Part shown: positions 19,446 through 29,348 of the stretch, in pieces
Layout of the letters: each line of letters starts with the position of its first letter
How positions within the stretch are numbered: the first letter of the stretch is position 1
Assembly: GCA_942490995.1 (NCBI GenBank)
Contig: CALOBG010000005.1
Span: 8,357-72,356, forward strand
DNA from: an uncultured Gammaproteobacteria bacterium
Lineage (GTDB): Bacteria > Pseudomonadota > Gammaproteobacteria > Ga0077536
Direction: 5' to 3'
DNA: 64,000 nucleotides
Notes under the pieces: model-generated
What the model was told of the DNA's origin: nothing
The model's database searches: none
What the model saw: the letters and a program-made list of their open reading frames with translations, nothing else
Program-made: the position numbers and the translations under genes

Positions 19446-19925
19446 ATGCCCGAACTGACTCACCTTGACGAACACGGCAGCGCGCGTATGGTCGACGTCG
19501 GCGAAAAACCCGCCACCCACCGCCGCGCCGTGGCCAGCGGTCGCATCCACATGCAGCCCGCCACCCTCGAGTTAATCGTGACCGGCGCCCACAAGAAAGG
19601 TGACGTCCTGGCGGTCGCGCGCATTGCCGGCATCATGGCCAGCAAACGCACTGCCGAACTGGTGCCGCTGTGTCATCCGATCGCCCTGACCCGAGTAGAC
19701 ATCGCGTTGACGACCGACGATCGAGACGGCGCGGTTTCATGTACCGCCACGGTCGAGACGCACGGCCCGACCGGTGTCGAAATCGAAGCCATCAATGCCG
19801 TGCAGGTTGCGCTGCTGACGATATACGACATGTGTAAAGCCGTTGATCGCGGCATGCGTATCGACGGCGTGCAACTTGAGCACAAGAGCGGCGGCCGCTC
19901 CGGTACCTGGGAGCGCACCGGTTGA
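19446..19925 (+). CDS. moaC: Cyclic pyranopterin monophosphate synthase
   Basis: LTHLDE.G.A.MVDV..K..T.R.A.A and later motifs are strongly MoaC. Confidence 0.9.
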   Translation: MPELTHLDEHGSARMVDVGEKPATHRRAVASGRIHMQPATLELIVTGAHKKGDVLAVARIAGIMASKRTAELVPLCHPIALTRVDIALTTDDRDGAVSCTATVETHGPTGVEIEAINAVQVALLTIYDMCKAVDRGMRIDGVQLEHKSGGRSGTWERTG

Positions 19926-19943
19926 GGACCTCGCCGCCGCGCT

Positions 19944-20336
19944 CTATTTGTCGTACTTGATATAGGCGAAGCGCTGATCGTCCGGCGTGCCTTCGAGTAC
20001 CGCGTCCGGTTCGGCGCCCGGCTGCCACATCACGACTTCTTCAATTTTCTGCGCCAGAGCGAAATCCTTGTCGGTTACGCCCTTGGCTGAATGATTCATG
20101 AGCTTGACGTTGACGAACGCGTACGACACGGTCAAATCGGGGTGATGCCAGGCCGCTTCGGCAAGATGGCCGACGGTGTTGACCACCATCAGCGTGCCTT
20201 TCCAGCCCGCGGTTTTGTATTTGCGACGGATCCAGCCGTCCGCGTAGGTCCATTTCGGCAGCTGTTCGGCGAGACGTTCGTTGATCTCGGTTTCTGAATA
20301 CACTTCCTCTGCCTTGCGTTCCCGCCATCCCATCAC
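19944..20336 (-). CDS. Pterin-4a-carbinolamine dehydratase (PCD/DCoH)-like protein
   Basis: The core GW.....VVNTVGHLAEAAWHHPDL.V....V.V.L.NHSAKG.T..DF is the PCD active-site region (the ..HHP.. histidines). Extra tails are present at both the N- and C-termini. Confidence 0.55.
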   Translation of the reverse strand: MMGWRERKAEEVYSETEINERLAEQLPKWTYADGWIRRKYKTAGWKGTLMVVNTVGHLAEAAWHHPDLTVSYAFVNVKLMNHSAKGVTDKDFALAQKIEEVVMWQPGAEPDAVLEGTPDDQRFAYIKYDK

Positions 20337-21049
20337 GCCACCTCGCTGGATCGTGTTGCTTGTTGTTCCAGTGCGCGCCGCAGCGCGGCGCGAACTGCCT
20401 TTAACCGAACCGTGGATAATCCGCCCTGACGCACGGCGCCGTCACACACGGCGATGCGAAAACCAAGATAGTCGGCCCCAAGCGCCGCGAGCGGCTCGAT
20501 GTCGTCGCTGCTCAAGCGCCCGGCAAGTCCGCTCAGCACGCCGCAGGCGCGCGCCTGTGCGACAAAGCCGGCAAGTACCGTCGGCGACAACAGCGCGGTT
20601 AAGCCCGGACCTGCTTTGTTCGCGGTATCGAGCATCACACCGCTGATCCCGGTTGCGGCGAGCGCCTCGAGTTCATTCGCGCCCGGCGGCGACTCGGCCA
20701 TACAGACCACGATCACCCGCGCACCGGTTTCTACCGCCGCAGTGAGATGCGCGACCGTGGCCGCTTCGACGCGCGCCGCGTTGAGACCGGCCTTGACGTA
20801 ATCCACGCCCGCCTCGCACATAAGCCGCGCGCGCGCAGGTATCACCTGCGGTTCATCCCAGCAATCACCGATGGTCGCACTGACCGGGCGCCGACCGTCG
20901 ACCCAGGCCACGATCGCACTGACCGTAGCCGCCGAAGCGGCGCCCAGTGCGCCCTGCTCGGGATCCTTGATATCGATCCAATCCGCGCCACACGCCAGGG
21001 CGAGTTTCGCCTCGGCGAGGTCACGCACACTGGCCAGCATTGCGGTCAT
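20333..21049 (-). CDS. DUF556 / MfnB-like aldolase-fold protein (homologue of (5-formylfuran-3-yl)methyl phosphate synthase; orf9-type, linked to H4MPT biosynthesis in methylotrophs)
   Basis: MLASVRDLAEAKLALACGADWIDIKDP resembles the MfnB/DUF556 N-terminus. There are 4-nt overlaps with both neighbouring genes. Confidence 0.5.
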   Translation of the reverse strand: MTAMLASVRDLAEAKLALACGADWIDIKDPEQGALGAASAATVSAIVAWVDGRRPVSATIGDCWDEPQVIPARARLMCEAGVDYVKAGLNAARVEAATVAHLTAAVETGARVIVVCMAESPPGANELEALAATGISGVMLDTANKAGPGLTALLSPTVLAGFVAQARACGVLSGLAGRLSSDDIEPLAALGADYLGFRIAVCDGAVRQGGLSTVRLKAVRAALRRALEQQATRSSEVA

Positions 21050-21663
21050 CTTAAGAGTCCTGCATCTATCGAGTGGCGCGGGTGCGCCGCGACCGCTTCG
21101 AGCAACCAGTGCCAGGCGGTCAGTTCGCGCACTCCGGCGGTTTTGCTGATCGCAATATGAAGGTATGCGAGTTCAGCTTCAAGCTTGGCGCTGGCAATGA
21201 AGTCGAGCCGCGAAACCAGGATCGCGGCCTCGAGCACGGCGGCCTGCGCGCGATTGAAGCCCGCATAGGGCCGATGCACGGCCTCGTGCACTATTCGGCA
21301 GCGAAATGTCGGGCGTTCGCGGTCGGGAAGGTGTTCATCAAGCTCAAGTTCGAGGTGCACCAGGGCGTCTTCCAGGCGCCAGCCGCGGACGGCGCTGGCG
21401 GCAGCAACCGGCCACTGGCGTCGCCCCGTCAGACAGCCGGCGGTAACGCGGACGTCGTCGGTCAGGTTCATCACCGCCTGCGGGTGGCGCAGCAGGTTGT
21501 CCAGCGTCGCGGACGGTACAAACGGACGCACGACGATGTGCGCACCGTTGCGCCGAAAGCCGAGCGGCGTGATATGCGCGCTGCCGTCGGCATTCAAACT
21601 GGTCATCACACCCTCGCGGATAAGTGCTTCGTCGTGGACCTGCGAGTCCGGGCTGGAACTCAT
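21046..21663 (-). CDS. DUF447-family protein (FMN-binding split-barrel-like)
   Basis: 205 aa, co-operonic with the DUF556 gene, as seen in methanopterin-linked clusters. The assignment rests on family-level resemblance only. Confidence 0.45.
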   Translation of the reverse strand: MSSSPDSQVHDEALIREGVMTSLNADGSAHITPLGFRRNGAHIVVRPFVPSATLDNLLRHPQAVMNLTDDVRVTAGCLTGRRQWPVAAASAVRGWRLEDALVHLELELDEHLPDRERPTFRCRIVHEAVHRPYAGFNRAQAAVLEAAILVSRLDFIASAKLEAELAYLHIAISKTAGVRELTAWHWLLEAVAAHPRHSIDAGLLR

Positions 21664-21739
21664 AATGTGGTTACCTGTAGCCAGACACGTGGCTGTATAG
21701 ATCCGCGCGGTGGACCTGGCCCGCAGACCTGCGTCAAGG

Positions 21740-21939
21740 CCCTGCCGAATCCCGGTCTCTAGCGTCTAAGCTTCTGTTTTAGAATAATATTTTTATACCG
21801 CTTCGAAACCCGAACCAAGCCGGGATGGCACGTTATCTGCATCATCTGGCAGCGGGCGGCCGTCAGCAATGACGCGCCGACCCGCGGCGCCGGACATCAT
21901 CCGGCATTGGCTATGGACTCAATTGAGGGAGATTTAATC
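21740..21939 (+). promoter_or_regulatory. Probable promoter region for pqqA1 (an AT-rich island in GC-rich sequence)
   Basis: TCTAAGCTTCTGTTTTAGAATAATATTTTTATACC is the only strongly AT-rich stretch within about 3 kb. It lies 130-200 nt upstream of pqqA. The ribosome-binding site GAGGGA is 8 nt before the ATG. Confidence 0.4.
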
Positions 21940-22014
21940 ATGAAGTGGGAAACACCGGCATACAGCGACGTTCGTTTCGGTTTTGAAGTAACGATGTACA
22001 TCAACAACCGTTGA
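21940..22014 (+). CDS. pqqA: Coenzyme PQQ precursor peptide PqqA (copy 1)
   Basis: The 24 aa peptide MKWETPAYSDVRFGFEVTMYINNR has the invariant E-x3-Y pair used for cross-linking, spaced as in known PqqA peptides. Confidence 0.85.
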   Translation: MKWETPAYSDVRFGFEVTMYINNR

Positions 22015-22024
22015 CAGTGCTGCC

Positions 22025-22050
22025 GCCAGGGCCGTGACTGCGGCCCTGGC
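22025..22050 (+). terminator. Perfect 10 bp stem-loop (GCCAGGGCCG-tgactg-CGGCCCTGGC) between pqqA and pqqC; an attenuator or partial terminator
   Basis: The hairpin starts 11 nt after the pqqA stop. No U-tract follows it. Comparable hairpins follow pqqA in other pqq operons. Confidence 0.5.
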
Positions 22051-22098
22051 GTCTGACCGCTACCCCAATTTCCATATCCCGCTCCGCGCCAGTTCACA

Positions 22099-22861
22099 GT
22101 GACCGCAAACCCACCCGTAAATCCCGGCGTGTCTGACCTGCCGCCGCTGGATCGCGCCACGTTCGAAGCGCAACTGCGCGCCAAAGAGCGTTTCTATCAT
22201 ATCCATCACCCCTACCATGTGCGCATGAACGCGGGCGAACTGGATCGCGAGGCGATCCGCGGCTGGGTCGCGAACCGCTTCTACTACCAGACTGTCGATC
22301 CCGATCAAGGACGCCAACATGATGGCCAACTGTCCCGATCGCGACGCGCGACGGTTATGGGTTCAGCGCATCCTCGACCACGACGGCGTTGATGGTGACG
22401 ATGGCGGCATCGAAGCGTGGTTGCAGCTCGGCGAAGCGGTCGGTCTGGAACGCGAAGAACTGCGTGACCAGCGTCACGTTTTACCCGGCGTGCGCTTTGC
22501 GGTCGATGCTTACGTCAACTTCGCGCGTCGCGCGAGCTGGCAGGAAGCCGCCTGCTCGTCGCTGACCGAGCTGTTCGCGCCGACCATCCACCAGCGACGT
22601 CTGGATAAATGGCCGCAGGCGTATCCCTGGATCGACGCGCAGGGTTATAACTACTTCCGCAAGCGACTGCGCGAAGCGCGACGCGATGTTGAACATGGCC
22701 TGACGGTTACCCTCGACTATTTCGTCACCCGCGCCGAGCAGGAGCGCGCCCTCGGCATCCTGCAGTTCAAGCTGGACATCCTGTGGACCATGCTCGACGC
22801 AATGTGGATGGCCTATATCGAACGCATGCCACCGTTTCACAGCTGCAGCAAAACACCATGA
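22099..22861 (+). pseudogene. pqqC: Pyrroloquinoline-quinone synthase PqqC, with a single 1-nt frameshift
   Basis: Frame A gives ...[17 protein letters not shown]. Frame B continues [31 protein letters not shown]... One extra nucleotide after codon Thr (near 22305) accounts for the break. The total length equals 254 codons plus 1 nt. Confidence 0.7.
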
Positions 22862-23130
22862 GCGCGGCAATGGACGATCTCACCCCGATCATGAATCCGA
22901 TGTTCCGTTTTCAGTGGGAACCCGCCCAGGACAGCCATGTTCTGCTCTACCCCGAGGGCATGGTCAAGCTCAGCCCCAGCGCCGGCGAAATCCTCAAGCG
23001 TGTCGACGGTACCACCAGTGTCGCCGGCATCGTCGCCGAGCTGCAATCCGCGTTTCCGGGCGCCGATCTGAAAGGCGACATCATCAACTTCCTCAAGCAG
23101 GCGCAGGTCAATGGCTGGATCACTCTCTGA
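22858..23130 (+). CDS. pqqD: PqqD (PqqA-binding chaperone)
   Basis: 90 aa. The start ATG overlaps the pqqC stop (ATGA). ..W...........LL.PEG.V.L...A.EIL..VDG... is the PqqD pattern. Confidence 0.75.
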   Translation: MSAAMDDLTPIMNPMFRFQWEPAQDSHVLLYPEGMVKLSPSAGEILKRVDGTTSVAGIVAELQSAFPGADLKGDIINFLKQAQVNGWITL

Positions 23131-24256
23131 CATCTCCGGCAAGCCGCTGTGGCTGCTCGCTGAACTGACCTACCGTTGTCCGTTGCAATGCCCGTACTGC
23201 TCGAACCCGCTCGACATCGCCCGCTACGAAAACGAACTCGATACCGAGCAATGGCTGCGCGTGTTACGCGAGGCCCGCGCCCTGGGTGCGATGCAGCTTG
23301 GTTTGTCCGGCGGCGAGCCGCTGGTCCGACGTGACCTCGAAGCCATCATCACCGAGGCGCGCAAACTCGGTTACTACAGCAATTTGATCACATCCGGTGT
23401 CGGCATGAACGAAGAGCGCGTCGCGCGTTTTCGTGAGGCCGGGCTGGACCATATCCAGATCAGTTTTCAGGCCAGCGACGAAGACCTGAACAATTTCCTC
23501 GGCGGCACGGCGAGTTTCGCACACAAGCTTGAGATGGCGCGCGCGGTGAAAGCACAGGGGTATCCGATGGTGCTGAATATCGTCATCCATCGCCGCAATA
23601 TCGACCAGATCGAAGACATCATCCGCATGACAGCGGAACTCAAGGCCGACTACGTCGAACTCGCGAGCACCCAGTATTACGGCTGGTCGAAACTGAATGT
23701 CGACGCCCTGCTACCCACGCGCGAGCAATTGCAGCGTGCCGAGGCCATCGCGCATCGCTACCAGGAGCAATTGCGCGATCGCATGAAGATCCTCTACGTG
23801 GTGCCGGACTACTTCGAGAACCGCCCGAAAGCCTGCATGAACGGCTGGGGTTCAATCTTTCTGACTATCGCGCCGGACGGCACCGCCCTGCCCTGTCACG
23901 CGGCCACCGGGCTGCCGGGCCTGAGCTTTCCGAACGTTCGCGAACATTCCATCGAATCGATCTGGTATGAATCTGACGCGTTCAACCATTTTCGCGGTTT
24001 CGACTGGATGCGCGAACCGTGCCGGAGCTGCTCAGAAAAAACCAAGGACTTTGGTGGTTGTCGCTGCCAGGCCTACATGATGACCGGCGACGCCAACGCC
24101 GCCGACCCGGTTTGCGACAAATCGCCGCACCACGCCGCCCTGGTCGCCGACGTCGAACGGATCGACCAGCTCGGCACCGCCCGCGCCGCCGAGATCCCGC
24201 TGGTGTTCCGCAACATGCGCAACTCGCGCGAACAGATCAAAACCCACAAGGTCTGA
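23111..24256 (+). CDS. pqqE: PqqA peptide cyclase PqqE (radical SAM/SPASM)
   Basis: [23 protein letters not shown] (radical-SAM CxxxCxxC), a SPASM cysteine cluster near the C-terminus ([19 protein letters not shown]) and an overlap with the end of pqqD. Confidence 0.9.
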   Translation: MAGSLSDISGKPLWLLAELTYRCPLQCPYCSNPLDIARYENELDTEQWLRVLREARALGAMQLGLSGGEPLVRRDLEAIITEARKLGYYSNLITSGVGMNEERVARFREAGLDHIQISFQASDEDLNNFLGGTASFAHKLEMARAVKAQGYPMVLNIVIHRRNIDQIEDIIRMTAELKADYVELASTQYYGWSKLNVDALLPTREQLQRAEAIAHRYQEQLRDRMKILYVVPDYFENRPKACMNGWGSIFLTIAPDGTALPCHAATGLPGLSFPNVREHSIESIWYESDAFNHFRGFDWMREPCRSCSEKTKDFGGCRCQAYMMTGDANAADPVCDKSPHHAALVADVERIDQLGTARAAEIPLVFRNMRNSREQIKTHKV

Positions 24257-24271
24257 AACACGCTGCCGAGT

Positions 24272-24323
24272 GCGCAACGCCGCGCACGACCTCCGCAGTA
24301 GTTTTTCACCACCCTGCTAACGC
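24272..24323. repeat. Locus C: a roughly 50 bp terminal fragment of the MITE-like repeat ('right-end' orientation) between pqqE and folP
   Basis: GCGCAACGCCGCGCACGACCTCCGCAGTAGTTTTTCACCACCCTGCTAACG matches the unit terminus. The CTA of the terminus is the folP stop codon on the minus strand. Confidence 0.75.
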
Positions 24324-25147
24324 GCGTGTGCGGCGCATGCCCACGCCACATCAGCCGCCTGACGATTGGCTTTCACGTCGTGGACCCGGAACAGGCGCAC
24401 CCCGGCCGCGACGCCGAGCGCGGTTGTGGCACAGGTCGCGCCGACCAGCTCGGCAGGCACTGTTTCCGCACAGATCGCACCCATGAAGCGTTTGCGGCTG
24501 GCGCCGAGCAGCACCGCGAATCCGGAATCGACCAGGACATCAAGCGCGGCCAGCAACTGGAGATTGTGGATCCGCGTTTTGCCGAATCCGATCCCAGGGT
24601 CTAACGCGATGCGCTCAGGCGCGATACCGGCCGCGACCGCGGCCTCGGCGCGGCTGAGCAGATAGTCCCGCACGTCCGCGACCACGTCGTCGTAATGTGG
24701 TGCATCCTGCATGGTCTGCGGCTGGCCCTGCATATGCATCAACACGATCCCGGCTGCGTGTTCCGCAACCGTAGCCAGCATACCCGACGCGGCGCCGGCC
24801 GAAATGTCGTTCACGATCCGCGCGCCTGCCGCGAGGGCAGCGGCGGCAACATCCGGATCGCGCGCGTCGACGCTGAGCAGACACGCGCTCGGCAGATCTG
24901 TCGCAAGCCGTTCGATAACCGGCACCACGCGCGCAATCTGCTCGCGCGCAGCAACCGGCGCGGCACCGGGTCGAGTGGACTCGCCGCCAACGTCGATAAT
25001 GTCGGCGCCTTCGGTCAGCATCGCCGCCGCATGTGCGCAGGCCGCTTCCTGCGCGACGAACAGCCCACCATCCGAAAAACTGTCCGGCGTGACGTTCAAT
25101 ATCCCCATCAACAGGGGGCGTTGGCCACTTGTTTCGACGGCAAACAC
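24317..25147 (-). CDS. folP: Dihydropteroate synthase, chromosomal type
   Basis: GILNVTPDSFSDGG, DIIDVGGESTRPG and the C-terminal LLGASRKRF motifs. The GESTRPG loop is the chromosomal FolP form, not the Sul1/Sul2 form. The start is probably GTG. Confidence 0.85.
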   Translation of the reverse strand: MFAVETSGQRPLLMGILNVTPDSFSDGGLFVAQEAACAHAAAMLTEGADIIDVGGESTRPGAAPVAAREQIARVVPVIERLATDLPSACLLSVDARDPDVAAAALAAGARIVNDISAGAASGMLATVAEHAAGIVLMHMQGQPQTMQDAPHYDDVVADVRDYLLSRAEAAVAAGIAPERIALDPGIGFGKTRIHNLQLLAALDVLVDSGFAVLLGASRKRFMGAICAETVPAELVGATCATTALGVAAGVRLFRVHDVKANRQAADVAWACAAHAR

Positions 25148-25149
25148 TA

Positions 25150-25196
25150 CTAACAGCCTGCTGCCGGCTGGTGAAGAACTACTGCGGAAATCGTTT
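25150..25196. repeat. Locus D: a roughly 45 bp 'left-end' fragment of the MITE-like repeat between folP and pip
   Basis: CTAACAGCCTGCTGCCGGCTGGTGAAGAACTACTGCGGAAATCG matches the unit's left terminus (CTAGCAG-N-GGTGAAAAACTACTGCGGATACCG). Confidence 0.7.
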
Positions 25197-25207
25197 GCAG
25201 TTCAAGC

Positions 25208-26200
25208 TTACGCAAGTTTCTTCGCCATCGCGTCGGTTGCACGCACCAGGGCGTCGACCATTGGCGTTTCGCTGGACAAGTGCCCGGCACTGCGCAGGAT
25301 CTCCAGGGTCGAGTGCGGCACCGCGCGGTGCAGCCGCCATGCCGCTTCGGCTGGACAGGTCAGATCGCGAGCACCGTGGATGATATGGATCGGCACTCGC
25401 GGCAGCGCGCTTGCCTCCTCGAGCAACTGGTTTTCGGCAAGGAAATAACGATGGTGGGCGTAATGCATTTCGATACGCGCCTTGCTGATCGCCGATTCGC
25501 TGGCGCAGTTTCTGGTCGCTGCGGCGCTATCAGTGCTACCGCTGGTCGACGTGCCGCTACCAGCCTGGTCGATAGAAAACATCACCACTGCGCCGGACCA
25601 GGCTTCCCACGCCGCGGCAACGCGATGGACTTCGGCTTCATCCGCGGAGAAAATCGCACGATGCAGCGTATCGGCGAGTCCGCTGGCCGGCAACGGACCG
25701 ACGCTGTCGAGGAAGTACTGCCACTGCCTCGGCAACAGCCGGTTGGCGCCCTGACCAAAAAACCATTCGACGTCGGTCAGCCGGGCGAGAAATGTGCCGC
25801 GCAGGATCATCGCCAGAACCCGCTGCGGACAGCGCTGCGCGTAGGCCAGCGCCAGGGTTGCGCCCCACGAGCCACCGAACAACAGCCAGGCTTCGATGCC
25901 GAAGTGCTGGCGCACCGCCTCGAGGTCGTCGATCAGCAGGTCGGTAGTATTGTTTTCGACGCCGCCATAAGGCCGCGACCGCCCGGCGCCGCGCTGATCA
26001 ATAAGAACGACGCGGTAACGATCGGGATCAAAAAACTGGTGATGGTCGGGCTTGCAACCCGAGCCCGGGCCGCCGTGCAGAAATACCACCGGGATACCGC
26101 CGGCACTGCCGGCCTGTTCGACATGGATGGTATGCCCTCCACCGACTTCGAGTTGCTCCGAACTCAGTGGCTTCGAGGCTGGGTAAAGTTTGCGCATCAC
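25208..26200 (-). CDS. pip: Prolyl aminopeptidase (proline iminopeptidase, alpha/beta hydrolase)
   Basis: HGGPGSG, the GGSWGATLAL nucleophile elbow and a late catalytic His (IHGARD). It contains a Ser/Thr/Gly-rich insertion (AGSGTSTSGSTDSAAAT). Confidence 0.8.
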   Translation of the reverse strand: MMRKLYPASKPLSSEQLEVGGGHTIHVEQAGSAGGIPVVFLHGGPGSGCKPDHHQFFDPDRYRVVLIDQRGAGRSRPYGGVENNTTDLLIDDLEAVRQHFGIEAWLLFGGSWGATLALAYAQRCPQRVLAMILRGTFLARLTDVEWFFGQGANRLLPRQWQYFLDSVGPLPASGLADTLHRAIFSADEAEVHRVAAAWEAWSGAVVMFSIDQAGSGTSTSGSTDSAAATRNCASESAISKARIEMHYAHHRYFLAENQLLEEASALPRVPIHIIHGARDLTCPAEAAWRLHRAVPHSTLEILRSAGHLSSETPMVDALVRATDAMAKKLA

Positions 26201-26286
26201 GGTTCAGGCTTACCTGGCTGCGGTTGGTTTCAGGCGGGCGTGTGCAGTTCGCTACGCCCTGCGCCGCCGCCAGCGGCGACACGGCC

Positions 26287-27237
26287 TCAGATTTCGTCGA
26301 GGATCGCTTGTTTGCGACGACTGAAATCGTCGTTGCTGATCAGACCTTTATCCTTGAGCTGCTGGAGCTTGTCGAGGCGCTGTTCGAGCGTTTCCAGACT
26401 TTGCCCGCCACTGCTGCCCTGCATGTCCTGAAGTTCCTTGCGCATGCGGGCCATTTCCTCGCGCATCTGGCGACGCTCCAGCGTCAGTCTCGCCGCCGCG
26501 GCCTTGGCCTTGAGCTCTTCCTTGCGTACGCTGCTCGGGACCTGCGCCTCGCGGTATGCCAGCGCCGCCTTGGCGACATCGATCATGACCCAATCCGGCC
26601 GCGAGCCGTCGCCACCGAGTTCGACACCATTGGTGGTGACGATTCGGCCTTCCATCTTGCCTTCGTGATTGCGGCTGCCGATCTGGAAATGTACGTCCCG
26701 AAAATCGTCGACTACGCCAAACGAGCCTTCGACGTTTTTTTTGCCTTTGTCGATCTGTTTTCGGTGCTCCCCGATAATCAGGTTGAGTTTTCCCTCGCGA
26801 TAAAACACTCGGCCGGTGGTCCATTCACGCACCTTGACGAACGACAACATGGCGTCGGAGTAGCCGCGGATATTGAAGGTAAAGTCCTCGTCCGGCGCGG
26901 CCTTGTTCAAGCCTTCCACGATATAGGGCGTAATCATGGCCGCCTGTTTACGTGGATAAACGGCGATGGATTCTTCATTACGCAGCACCCCGCCTTCGAT
27001 CCATAGCTGCAGGGAGGACAGCGCCTGCTCGACATCGATCGGGTCAAGAGCAACCGGATGATCGTTCGGCGGCGCCTTCTTTTCGATCAACACGAGCTGG
27101 GCAAACTGTTCGTTCTGTTCCCATATCGTCGCTTTGACCTTGTCCTTGCTGAACAATCCGGGCAGCAGGTCAAGCGCTCCAGCTTCGCCGGCAAACGACG
27201 CAAGCAGCGCCAGGATCAGACAAAATCGATAGTTCAT
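26287..27237 (-). CDS. Secreted hypothetical protein with a C-terminal SHOCT domain
   Basis: Signal peptide (MNYRFCLILALLASFAGEAGA), an unassigned domain of about 250 aa, a coiled-coil and then LEQRLDKLQQLKDKGLISNDDFSRRKQAILDEI, the SHOCT consensus. Confidence 0.5.
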   Translation of the reverse strand: MNYRFCLILALLASFAGEAGALDLLPGLFSKDKVKATIWEQNEQFAQLVLIEKKAPPNDHPVALDPIDVEQALSSLQLWIEGGVLRNEESIAVYPRKQAAMITPYIVEGLNKAAPDEDFTFNIRGYSDAMLSFVKVREWTTGRVFYREGKLNLIIGEHRKQIDKGKKNVEGSFGVVDDFRDVHFQIGSRNHEGKMEGRIVTTNGVELGGDGSRPDWVMIDVAKAALAYREAQVPSSVRKEELKAKAAAARLTLERRQMREEMARMRKELQDMQGSSGGQSLETLEQRLDKLQQLKDKGLISNDDFSRRKQAILDEI

Positions 27238-27404
27238 TGCGGGGCTCAGTATTGTATCCAGTTCATTGCTCAAGTCGGGCTGCCTGCAGGCCATCGCAGC
27301 CGTGTTTCGGGACTACGCATTATAACCGCAGCGGCTCATATACCGGGATAAGCGTTAGCGTGAGGTTTAGACCGGCCGGAACGGCATTCTCTCCGTCGCA
27401 ACCC

Positions 27405-29282
<1,878 letters not shown>

Positions 29283-29283
29283 G

Positions 29284-29317
29284 AAAAAAAAAAGGCGCAT
29301 CTCTCGATGCGCCTTTT
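29284..29317 (-). terminator. Rho-independent terminator of the porin gene (8 bp GC stem, GAGA loop, T10) that also serves as the intron insertion site
   Basis: It lies about 32 nt downstream of the porin stop. It is flanked by A4 on the other side and could be bidirectional. Confidence 0.65.
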
Positions 29318-29348
29318 AAGCGAGTAGGGTTCGCTTTTAGCTAAGTAC

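Noticed and set aside
19347-19446. A Moco riboswitch in the moaD/moaC divergent region or upstream of moaA
   Set aside because: The intergenic spaces (about 100 and 85 nt) are too short for the roughly 130-150 nt Moco RNA motif and I could not recognise its conserved stems by eye. This needs a covariance-model search.
24317-25147. A sulfonamide-resistance DHPS (sul1/sul2-like) carried by the flanking repeats
   Set aside because: The protein has the chromosomal FolP GGESTRPG loop and overall chromosomal-type motifs, not the Sul-type sequence.
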